From IMG/VR virus record IMGVR_UViG_3300008448_000102, positions 1 to 55,533 of that record: DNA of 55,533 bases; one strand, given 5' to 3'. Source of the stretch: a virus. Its lineage: Duplodnaviria; Caudoviricetes. Every line of letters starts with the position of its first letter. Positions within the stretch are counted from its first letter, which is position 1. Below are positions 28,335-40,000 of the stretch, one piece after another. A program made the position numbers and the translations under genes. The notes beneath the pieces are model-generated. The model was not told the DNA's origin. It did no database searches and saw only the letters and a program-made list of their open reading frames with translations.

Positions 28335-29177
28335 ATGGCAGCATTTACAGCAATCGCAGCGGGTGTAGGTATGGCAGCGACAGCAGCCACAACCACCGGG
28401 TCGTTCATTCAGGCGGGTAAGCAGAGGAGGCTTCAACAGCAAGCCGAGGCTGACGCCGCCAAGGCTATGGCCGACGCACGTAAGAAACTTGACGTCAATT
28501 ACTACGAGTCGTTGGCTATTCAGAAGGAGCCATACGAGTTAGAGCGTGAGGCACTGATTGCTGCGGGCGCTCAGGCTATTGAGGCAGGGCGTGAGTCCGA
28601 GCGTGGTGCCGCCGCAGTTGCGGGCCGTGTTCAGATGGCACAGCAAGAAGGTCAGGCAGGAATTCGCACGGCGATGGGCAAGGAGTTAAGCGACCTTGAG
28701 AAACTCACCGCAACCGAGGAAGGCCGACTTCGAGACATCGGCGTTCAGTTAGACCTCGAGGAGGTGGCAGGAGCGCAGATGGCTGCTGCTCAGGCTCAGG
28801 AGGCGGCACAGAAGGCAAGTGCCGAGGGCGTTCAGGGAGCAGTAAATCTCGTTGGACAGGTTGCCGCTGCTGCTCCCTTATATGCAAAGGCTTCTTCAAA
28901 TATTCAAAAGCAAGCACTAAGCCAAATGCAATTGACTCCCGAGCAGTACCAAGCGATTGGTAATGTACCTGAATTAGGAGGAATGGGTCCTGCATTAGAA
29001 GGTGGTTTCACGAACCTTGACATGGGTCAATTTGCAAACATGTCAAATCGAGAGTATCGTCAGTTTATGAGCGCACTAAAGCCTGAGCAAAGGAACGCAC
29101 TCATGTTCAATCCTCAGTACACAAAATATCTTGAACAGTTGTCAAGTACATTTAATGTAAATCCGTTTGGTAAATAA
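28335..29177 (+). CDS. putative ejection (internal virion) protein
   Basis: Ala/Gly hydrophobic N-terminus and Ala/Gln-rich helices. Confidence 0.7.
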   Translation: MAAFTAIAAGVGMAATAATTTGSFIQAGKQRRLQQQAEADAAKAMADARKKLDVNYYESLAIQKEPYELEREALIAAGAQAIEAGRESERGAAAVAGRVQMAQQEGQAGIRTAMGKELSDLEKLTATEEGRLRDIGVQLDLEEVAGAQMAAAQAQEAAQKASAEGVQGAVNLVGQVAAAAPLYAKASSNIQKQALSQMQLTPEQYQAIGNVPELGGMGPALEGGFTNLDMGQFANMSNREYRQFMSALKPEQRNALMFNPQYTKYLEQLSSTFNVNPFGK

Positions 29178-29180
29178 GTC

Positions 29181-31001
29181 ATGGCAGGTACATACTACAA
29201 ATACGCAGAGCGGAACGTCGAGTCTCAGATAAATTGGGCTGAGGTAGGGAAGAACCTTACCGACATGCTCAGTGAGGAGGCTAAGGTTCGTGAAGAGAAG
29301 AAGGCCGCAATAGACGAGGCCACACGAAAGTTTGGTGAGACGCTTGCTAACTCTCCGCAGGGTGAGCATGCGGGCGTGAACCAATGGGCATTAAATTACG
29401 CATCTGATGCACAGGAGGCGAGGCTCATTCAGGACAGGCTCCTGCGTTCGGGACAACTGAAACTGCGTGACTATAATATCATGCGTCAGAATGTGACCGA
29501 CGGCACTAAGAATGCGTTCAATCTATTCAAGGAGTACCAAGACGAGTACAAGGTGAAGATGGAGCGGGCCAAATCAATGGACCCCAAGACATCAAGTCAG
29601 TTTTTAGAACAGTGGGAGATGGAGCAAGCCGAGGGGTTTGCAAATTTTAGTAAGACTAAATTGTATATCAACCCAACCAATGGTCAGGTGAGCGTAGGGA
29701 AGATGGTGAGGAATGAGGAGACGGGCGTAATGGAGTTGAGTAAGAACCCGAACGACTTTGTCACTATCGACCAAATGCGTAATAGGCTCAAGTCAAAGTA
29801 TGACAAGTACGATGTTGACGCAAACGCATCTCAGTGGGCTAAGGGCTTGGCTAAGTTCCAAAGGGAGATTAAGGTTGCGGGCGGCATGAAGAAGATTACA
29901 GACCCTTCACTACGCAAGGAGTTCGATGCCGCATTTGATGCCATGCTGAAGGCCCAACTTGAGGGGAACCCCTACAACACCACGTCAATCCTTACCGACT
30001 ACTTGGGCTCGGATAAAAACGGTAATCAGTATACCTTCACCTATGACGAAGCGGAGGCCGCAGAGAATCCAAACGAGGTCCTATTAAAGCCCGACCCCAC
30101 CAACCCCGGTGGGTCTTATATCCCCGACTTCAGTACGGCAAATGGCAAGATTCAGTACGAGGCAGCGAAGGACTACATGAAGACACAAACCATCGTGAAA
30201 CTCGAGCGTTTGGAGGACTTCCAACAGGGGCCTCAAATTCAGGAGTGGCAGTATAAGATTGGTCAAGATGCGAAGAAGCAGGAAGAAATGTCTAACATGC
30301 TTGCGATGCTATATTCAGGAGATAATAAAGAAGTAACATCAGCCATATCTTTCTTTAATGGACTCCCCGGAGGTGTTCAAGTAAATAGGACAGCGGATGG
30401 CGTTAGTTTCACAATGAAAGACAAGGAAGGGAAAGAGACAACAAAGACTGTTCCGTTCAAGGCAGGTGCAGAAGAGATTGGTGTCGAGAACTTTATCAAG
30501 GGTGCTTCCTCATGGTTCTTGGGTGAAACGTCAGACCCTGCTTCGGCACAGCGGGCTGCATTAAAAGTAAAAGGGAAAACTCTAAATCCATTGGTAGCAT
30601 CCTCACAGGCAACAACGACTGAAACAGAAGACCCCATGAAGCAATATGCTGCGGCTGTTGACTCGAAGTCTCAGGGGTTGATGTCGGGTGATTGGAATGA
30701 GGAGAGCGTAGCCGAAGAGGTGAACAATCAGTTTGGCGGCATTGGGTTCAGCGCAAGGGTTCCATATACTTATGGTGACTACATTGAGATAACATCTCCC
30801 GATGGGAAGAAGAGTCCCGAGATAGACCTCAGTAAGCCCAATGCAAAGCAGGTGATTGCCGACTTCATCAAAGGAAATATCCAAGGCGAAAGTGCCGAAG
30901 AGAAGATGCGTAATGCGTATCAAATCATTAGCACAGGAACCCTTGGTGGCGGCACACAGGGAGGCACACCTGCGGCAGGAGATGCTATCTTTGGTAAATA
31001 A
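29181..31001 (+). CDS. putative ejection (internal virion) protein
   Basis: Helical, 606 aa, between ejection-type genes. Confidence 0.65.
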   Translation: MAGTYYKYAERNVESQINWAEVGKNLTDMLSEEAKVREEKKAAIDEATRKFGETLANSPQGEHAGVNQWALNYASDAQEARLIQDRLLRSGQLKLRDYNIMRQNVTDGTKNAFNLFKEYQDEYKVKMERAKSMDPKTSSQFLEQWEMEQAEGFANFSKTKLYINPTNGQVSVGKMVRNEETGVMELSKNPNDFVTIDQMRNRLKSKYDKYDVDANASQWAKGLAKFQREIKVAGGMKKITDPSLRKEFDAAFDAMLKAQLEGNPYNTTSILTDYLGSDKNGNQYTFTYDEAEAAENPNEVLLKPDPTNPGGSYIPDFSTANGKIQYEAAKDYMKTQTIVKLERLEDFQQGPQIQEWQYKIGQDAKKQEEMSNMLAMLYSGDNKEVTSAISFFNGLPGGVQVNRTADGVSFTMKDKEGKETTKTVPFKAGAEEIGVENFIKGASSWFLGETSDPASAQRAALKVKGKTLNPLVASSQATTTETEDPMKQYAAAVDSKSQGLMSGDWNEESVAEEVNNQFGGIGFSARVPYTYGDYIEITSPDGKKSPEIDLSKPNAKQVIADFIKGNIQGESAEEKMRNAYQIISTGTLGGGTQGGTPAAGDAIFGK

Positions 31002-31012
31002 TAAATCAGGAC

Positions 31013-34000
31013 ATGAACGATAAGATTCAGAAACTATACGACCTCTATACTCAGAGTGGTCTACTTAACTCAACAGACTTAAATACGTTTGCGTCCGCAA
31101 CACCTGAGCAGCAGCAGAAACTGTACGACCTTGGTGTATCAAAGGGGCTATTCAAGTCCGTTGACTTTTCGACGTTCAGCACGGCGTTCCAAGTAAAAAA
31201 AAAAGACGAGGCCGTCCCCCCGGCAGAAGAAACAATCCCAAGCCCACAGCCACAGCAGGAGCAACCCGCCGCTATGGCATCTCCTTCGGGCGTTTCTTCA
31301 TCGGCATCTCCATCGGGCCTCCAAGAGTTTAAGGGCTTCAGTCCTGAGCAACTAAGTGGTATGAAAGCCTCCGCTCAGGAGGCACCCGAGGTGGCACGTA
31401 TGAGGGCTGAAATGCAAAAGCCTGAGAGAGAAAGGCAAGAGCAAGAGAGAGAAAAGAAGGAGGCCGCCTCATTTAAGGCGGCTACCGCATCAGAGGCTGA
31501 CTTTGCGAGTTCACTCGGTAAGGTCAACAAGGAACTCATAGACTTTGATGAGGACTACATTGCGCCTCAACTGAACTACATGTTCGGCACGTATGGCTTT
31601 AAGTTCAACCAAGCGTTACCCGGTCAGGAGGCTATTGAAGTCGTGGCTCCGAACGGTAAGAAGAAGACCATAGCCGTCGATACCTTCTCGGATAAGAAAG
31701 ACCTTGAGAGTTCAAATGAACTCAAGGCATTCATTAACGAGAATAAGCCAAAGATTGTATCAATGGCAAATCAGTACAGTCAATACGAGAGGAAATTCAA
31801 TAATGAGCAGGAGATAGCAAACTCCTTCAAGTCAATAAACGAGGAGGCTAATACTCTTGCGAAAGAGCAGAAGGATGTGGCGGCTCGATATGCCGCAGTA
31901 CAGAAGGAGATGGAGTACCTATCCACTCCCGCAGCCAAGGCTGCACCCGACTATCAACAGAGGCTTGCCAAGTTTAACACAGACTCTCAGGAGATAAACA
32001 ACAGCGTCAAGCAACTCTCCGCAAAGGAGTCTGATGTTATACTAAAGCAAAAGAAACTTGACAAGTCAGTTGGCTTGTACACAGAGATGAAATCCGAGCA
32101 GGGTGGAATCTTTGGTGCAATGTATAACGCAGCAGTAGGAAGCATTGGTGCATCATCAGCGGGGCGTGTTGGTTTATTCACAGACTTAGTTACGGCGATA
32201 GTCCCACTTGAATATCAAATGGGCGAGAATGCGTACCGCAAATCGTTTATAGAAAAGGCCATATCAAATGGCATAAGCGTCCCTCAAACACTTAGCAAAG
32301 AAAACTTCGACGCTTGGGTAGACAGATTAGATGAGGATGTCAGGGATAATATAGACTCAAAAATACTTGACGAGAATCGCAAGGGTATAAAGCAGGAGAT
32401 GCTTCCCGTAGTCAGAACAGGTCTCACTCAGATGATTGGTGACCAAGGGACTACCAAGGAATACATGGAGAAAAAGCAGGAGGAGTACATCGCGGGTGGC
32501 CTTATAGGTCTTGGCGGCTCTGCTCCTGCCATAGCATTGTCTATGGGTGCCGCCCCTGTTGGTATGGCTGAATTTTTCTTTTTGGGTATGGACGCCACCA
32601 TGCAGCAAATGAATGCTCCCGAGTTCAAAGACATCTCAGAAACAGAGAAGTATGCGGTGGCTGTACCCGTCGGCGTAGTCAACGCTGTATTGGAGGAGTT
32701 CGGGTTGAGAAATGTAATTGGCAAGTCGGGCGTTGTAAACAACTTGGTGACGAGGGCATTGAGCAAGTCTACCAAGACCACAACCGCCAAGTCTTTCAAG
32801 GAGTTGGTCGAGAATGAGGTAGAGAGCGACATAGCACGAGGTGTACTCACGTTTGCCGCTGCGGGATTAGCAGAGGCTGAGACGGGTGCAGCACAGGCGG
32901 CTGCCGAGATTGGTATTCAGGAGATATATAATACCGTCAAGGAGAAGAAATTGTTTCAGACCCCGAACTCAATGGGTGAGTTGATTGATGACGTACTCAA
33001 GTCGGGTGTGCAAGAGGCCGTAGGTGGCTTCGTTATGGGTATGCCGTCCGCTATTAGCACGGCATACAAGGACAACAACTATAATGGAGTAACCGACGAA
33101 CATATTGCGTTCTTCCAAGCATTTGCAAATGATGTGAATGTAAGGAACGCCTTCGATATTAAACTAAAGAATGACATCAACATCGGGAAGATTACAGCCG
33201 AACAGGCTCAGGAGAAACTCGACAACTATACTGCCGCCTCGGGATTGCTGAATACATTACCTGATGGATTGGATAATGCACAAAAGCGTAAGGCTCTTGG
33301 TCTTATCCAAGAAAGGAAGGGGTTAGAGAATCAGATTCAGAACAAAGATGAGGCACTAACCAAGAAACAGAGAACGAGGATTGCTGAGATAAACACAGAG
33401 TTGGAGGGGATAATGGAGATGACTCCCGCCCCCGCAGCGCCGACCATCTCCGAGGGCGAGAGGCTGATGCCCATCACGCCCGAGGCTCCCGCCGCTGAAG
33501 CGAAGCCGCTTACACGGACAGAGATAACGAACCCTGACCTGAAGGCGGTAATAGACGAGCGAGTCATGTTTTATGAGAACATGCTAAAGCGAGACGAGGA
33601 GTTTTACAATGAGCAAATGGCCGAGTGGAATAAGAAGGGATTACTTCAAAAAATGTTCGGCACATTGGCGGGCGCAAAGCCAAGTTACAAGGAGGCGGTT
33701 CGGCATGCTAAAGGAAAGTTAGAGCAACTCGAAAACAATCCCGAGGCTTACTTTCAGGAGACGCTTGATTTTTACATGGAGGATATGCCTGAAGTTCCGG
33801 CTGAACAGATGTATATGTACTCCGATAAAATAGGTGAGGAGACTGAAGATGGAGCGCGATACAGAACGAACTTAGTAAATTTATTAAAAACTTTTAAGGA
33901 GGAAAACGATGCCATTCAAAAGCAAGCAGCAGGTCAAGTACCTGTACAGCCAAGAGCCGGAGGTAGCCAAGAGGTGGCGCAAGGAGAACCCCAAGCAGGA

Positions 34001-37000
34001 CCTCAAGAAGTTACCCAAGAAGGTCAAGCCCAAGAAGGGGTAGTGTCTTCGAGGACACTCGAAGAGCAGGTGTCCGCCCTCGAGCAGATGATGACCGAGG
34101 AGGAGACCAATGACTTGATTGATGAGTTTGCATTGGCGGTGGACACCGTAGATGACGCACAGGCTGCTCTGTCCCGTGGCGACCTTGTCTATGTATTCGA
34201 TGAGACCACCGAGGCACCGACCTTGGTATCGGACGCCACCGTTCTTGCGGGGTATACACCCGACCGTATCGCCGTGGTTCCAAGGGAGAACTCCCCTATG
34301 GCACAGCAGCCGCAAGCGCAGCCACAGATGTCAGCCGTTGAGTTCATAATGGGTGGCATCGCCCCAACAGAGAATGTGGTGATTGGCTCCAACAAGGCCC
34401 AACTTGATTCGGTTAGGGCGCAGACAACTGACGCCACTAAGCGTCGTGTGTTGGATATGGTTGACAGCGGAGTGAAGGTACTCAAGGCGTTGTTCCCGAA
34501 TGTTGACATCGCCGTGCATACCACAGCCGAGTCTTACAATCAGGCTATGCGAAACCTTGGATATGGGACCGACTCCAAGGGGCGATTCTCCACAGTTTTG
34601 GATGCCGACGGAAAGGTTGCAGGTGGCCGTATAGATATTGACCTATCGAGTGCTGATGGTGTAACGGTAGCGCACGAGATTGCACACGCCGTGATGCTCA
34701 AGGCTTTCGGTGATAACCCTGCGCTATTCAAGACATTCAGGGGAAAGATTAGCAAGATACTTGCTGACTCTACTGTAAAGAAACTCAATGATTTCGCAGA
34801 CCAATACAACGAGAGCGAGTCGCATGAGGAGTTCTTGGTTCAACTTGCGGGGATGCTTACTGATAACGCTCAGGAGTTGGCACGTGTTGAGCCTACCACC
34901 ATTCAGAAGATTGCCGATGCCATCAACAGCATTGTGTCTACAATCACGGGAGGAAGGTTCGTTCCGTTCAAGGGCACGACCGACGTGAACCAACTCGTTG
35001 ACTTCTTGAATACAATCACGAGGTCTATCCGTGAGGGTGAGTTCTCTGATTTGATGAACCAAATTGAGGCTTACTCTACCGCCACACCAATCCCCGTTTC
35101 CGAGCCTGATAATTTCAACTCAAAGCAGTATAAGTCTAAGGCAAGCATTGGTAAGTATACAATACCAAAGGGGTCAGACCCTATACTAAAAACAGCAAAT
35201 TTACCTGTAAGGTCATTGTCTGACTTAGTAAAGCAGTACGGTGGTCGAGTTGCTATTATCACAAGTGATGCAACAGGTTATGGTGTTGATTCAGATGGAG
35301 CGCCAATCTTAGGTGGATTTGGATTTTGTGTTAATGCAAAGAATAACCAAGACAACATAGGATTTGCAAGTGTCAATGTTGGTACTGTAAGAACAACATA
35401 TACCCTTGCAGAAAAGGCTTATGGTAAGGGGAAGACGTTAGTCTTGGTAATGATACAGCCACCCCATACTACAATAAATAATTCTTATGGGGCCAAGTAT
35501 ATATTGAGAGGTCTTGTGGACTTAGCCAAAAAGTCTAAAAAAGATTTTGAGTCCGCAAAGGGTGGCATGGAAGACTTCATTAAAAAGTCAAAGGCTATTC
35601 AAAAAGAATTTAAGTCAGAGGATGGTAAGGCGAGAGCAAGTCAAAAAGAACTCATAAAGTTTATAGATAGCATAAACTCAAAAACAAACATTGACAGGGC
35701 GGTTCAGGACTTCTTGGCAATGACCACATTTACCATAAGAAAAGAATTGGGTCTTGGTATTCTGTTAGAAAGAGGAGATGTACGTATTTCTAAGGGTACA
35801 AACCCTGCTAAAGTAGCATTCAACGGGTTAGGATATAATATATTCAACTTCCTCAAGGAGTATGGAGACTCATCTATATTAGATGATAATATCATACTTG
35901 ATAATAAGGGTGGCCTTTTGGTCGGTGGATTTGAGTTAGATGTTTTGCCTAAAGAGCAAAGAGAAAAACTTATTCTTGATACTCAAAGCAAAGGGATAAA
36001 TCATCCTCTGTTTAATGCTAAACTCCCCGGAACAAATCACTTTGTATTAGATGGCTTGTATGATGTGCAGGAAAACTTTGGAAAGTATGCAAAGCCGGAC
36101 ACAATAATCTTATTAGAAAAAGAAATAGTAGATGCTTTAGTTAGAAAGTATTACCCAACCGATGAATACTATAACGCTGATGCCAAAAAAAGTTTTAATG
36201 CTCAAAGAAAGAAGGGTGTAGCGGAAAAGGATATACAGAGAGAGTATAAAGACTTAACGGCTGCTATCAAAAGTGAGTTTAAGTATAAATATCTTACAGG
36301 GATAAAGGGTGCATTAGCACCGAAAGAACCAAAACTCATAGCAAAAGTTTCCAAGGGGGAAGGATTTGTACCTAAAGAAGGTGCTGAAACTGAATTGGCT
36401 TCGGCTGCATTTACAGCAATCGGGAAATACGAAAAGGCTGACGCCAAGGATAAACCAAAACTAAAGTCCAAAGCGCAGGTAGCCGTTCATAAGGACACAG
36501 GCTTTGTGCCTGTTGGTTTTTGGGTCGAGCAACTCAAGGGAAAGACGGCATACCTTGATGAGGTAATTAAGCATGTATTAAAAGCACGTGAGGAACTCAA
36601 GGAGGGAAAGGTAAGGGAAAGAAAAGTAGTCAAGGCATATCTTATCACAATAGGCTCTGTACTTGCAAGAGGAGGTACTTACTCCGAATGGAAGAAGAAA
36701 ACAAATCAGGAGGTGAGCGATGTCTTCTTAGAGAAGGTGAATGGTAAGGACCACCTAAGACCTGAAGGGGTATCTGCCGCTTATCTTATCACTCCTGATG
36801 GAGAAAAATTAGTTGATGACATCATAAACGGAACAGCCACATTCGAGCAGATAAGGAAGATGTTTGAATATGTAGGCTTTGGTCTTGAAAACAAAAGGAC
36901 AAACTATGTTCTTGAAACCATGAAGAATGATGGCTTTAAGGCCATGACTGACTTATTCAACAAGAACAAGGGTTCTGACTTTAATGAACTATACAAGGGA

Positions 37001-40000
37001 GCAATAAAGAATTTTGCAGGAATAAGAGAAGGTAAGACAGGATTCTTCAATCAGTTTTTTGGTGTGACATCACGTGGTGTAATTGACGCCCGTGAACTTA
37101 ATGCTTGGGTTGCGGGTTCGATGGACCTCACTCCTGAGCAAAGGGCTAAGGTTGAGAAAGTTTCAAGAAGTAAGAAACTTGGAGAGCAATTACTTGGATA
37201 CATCGAGCAGGTTGGCATCGAGTTAGGATACCCGAAGGATTTGGCGGGATACATTGCACACCATGGGATATGGGATTCCATCGCCAAGTCTGTCACCACC
37301 CATCAGGGCGAGTATATGGTGGTCTCCAAGGCGCAGAAGGCAGCAGAGGGTGCAGAAAAGGAGAAGTACAAGGTCGTCATCGTATTCAAGAGCAAGTTCG
37401 GTGGGAGTAGGGCCAAGCCATACGAGTTCAATGACAAGAGACACTTCGATAATTGGTTCAAGAAGTATGGAGAAAAGTACGACATCAGGGAAATCTATGA
37501 GATGAACTCGAAGGCGCAACTATCAAAGTTGCGTGGTATGGAGCGCATCGTTGAACTCGGTCGTGCAAGTGGATTCTCGGACGAGGCCATCACCGTTGTT
37601 CTTCAAAAGAAGGGATACTCGCAGTCAGAAATAGACGAGGCGTTGAAGACCAAGAAGGCCGCATCAAAGGTTGTCGTCAATGAGACTTTCGTCGAAGGGT
37701 ACGACCGCATGATGGGCGAGGTTGATGGCATCATCGAGAAGGGCTTGAGGCGTGGCTCAACGCAGGAGCAGATACTCGACAATATCATCAACTACATCCA
37801 AGGCTCTAAGGCATACGAGAACGCCACCGATGTTCAGCGTGAGCAGTTGATTCGTGACGCACGTGCTGCGTTCGGCAAGAAGGAGAAGGCGGCACCGAAG
37901 GTTGAGCGCATCCTCGGTACACTCAAGGACGTGAAGAACGTCACCATGTCGGAGTACCAACTGCTCAAGAAGCAGATTAAGGACTACGCCAAGGGTGCGA
38001 AGGATGCTACCAAGGCATGGCGGTTGGCTTCAGAGTCGCTGACAAAAGACCTGCGGGAGTTGGTACGTGGCGGAAAGATAACGAGCAAGCAAGCCGTTGC
38101 CGTCCTGCGTAGGTTCTCGAAGGTCAACATGTTCGACCCGAACTCAATCGAGTCGTTTGTCAACTACATGACCAAGGTGTTCGAGAACGCCGACTATGCG
38201 GAGCGCATATCAGGTCTGAGAAAGAAACTGAAGTTGGCTAAGGATAGTGCGAGTCGTAAGATTGGTATTGCAGAGGGTCTTTACCCGATGCTGAACCGCA
38301 TGCTTCGCATTGACCCGACCCTCATACCTGACTCGGTGCTTGACACATACGCCGAGATTGTTGAGATGCTCGGCAAGCGTGATGCTGTGCTGAAGTTGCA
38401 GGACATCCAAGATGTGACAGAGAAGACCAAGACCGTACTCGATGCTGTGGATAGTGAACTATCTACATTGGAGACGCTGTCTGAAATCTTCGAGCAGTAT
38501 GCAGACAAGGTCGTTGACGAGAATGGTGCTATTCAGTTTGCTGACACGCTCGATGCGATGGTAAGCGACGGCACCATCACAAACGACGAGGCAAAGATTC
38601 TCAGGAAGTACAAGAATATAGTGATGCCACGCGCTGCAAAACCTGAGAAGACAGAGGAGCAGTTGAAAGAGGAGCGAGATGAAATGCTGAAGGCGTTGTC
38701 TTCGGTTGACATTGACGCTGAATCGCTGCCGACTCAGGACGAGCGTGACTTGGCTCGTGAGTTACAGAAACTCAAGGATAGCGATGCGGTTGAGGGACTG
38801 TCGAACAGTGAACTCGAGAAGTTGCTGCGCGTCATTGACAACATAAACAACGGGTATCTTCCTCACTACGCTCAGTTAATGAAGGAGAAACTCAATGCCA
38901 TCAATAACGAGAAGGCACTCGAGTCGTCGGTCAAGAAAGCGAAGCCGTTGCCTGTAACTAAACTGTATGCAAGACTGAAGAGCCTGTTCTACAAGAACTC
39001 CAAGGCCCTTGACCTTATGGTTCAGCGAAATCCGCTGTTCTATATCGACCAAGTCTTCGGTGACTTTAAGACCAAGGATATTTTCAACTCTATCTTAAAG
39101 CCAATCTCTGATGCAATGGGCGTCTTCAACTTATCCATTCAGCGGGTAGAGGACAAACTCAATGGCGCACTCGACGAGGTGGCGAAGTCGCATAAGAACG
39201 ACCCGAAGAAAACAAAGATGTCGTCATACAAGATGATGACGTACATGCTGCAACTTGAGTTCATGTCGAACCCTGACAGCGTTGGTGTCAATCCTGCATC
39301 TGAGTTCTTGAAGGCAACCATAAAGCATATCCGTGCTGAGAAGTCGCACCTTAGTGACATTGATGCCGACATGCTTCAGGAGATTCTTGATACGTACTCT
39401 GATTCGGATGGCAACATCGACTCAGAGAAACTATTTAAGTCATTCAATCCCGCAGAGAAGAAGGCACTCGATACCATTAAGGGTATCAACGTAGACATGC
39501 GTGATAAGGCTGTATTTACAGCACACATTATCCGTGGCGACAAACTCACTCCGCTGAACAACTACGTACACCACAACGTGCTGCATGAGTTTAGGCCCGA
39601 GGAAAACATATCGGGTGTTACATCGGCGGAGGAGTTCAATAATATGATGCAGCCGTCCACCCGTGGCAAGTCTCTCATATCAAGAACAAAGGGCGTGAAG
39701 CCATTAGATTTTAACGTGTTCTCAGCCACTCAGCGTGGAGCCAACTATGTGCTGATGGACTACTACCTGACCGAGCCTATCAGGACGGCAAGGAAGACCA
39801 TCAATGCCACCGAGAAGGCACTCGAAGGTGAGACGGGAATGAACAAGAATGATAGGGACACCTTCAATGCCATCCGTAATTCGTTCGAGGCTGCTGTAAG
39901 GAACACGCTAATGACGAGGTTCCATAACAATACGTTTGCTGACGAGGTTGTGAACTTTGTAACCAAGAACGGATACCGTGCCGTTCTCGCAAGTACAACA

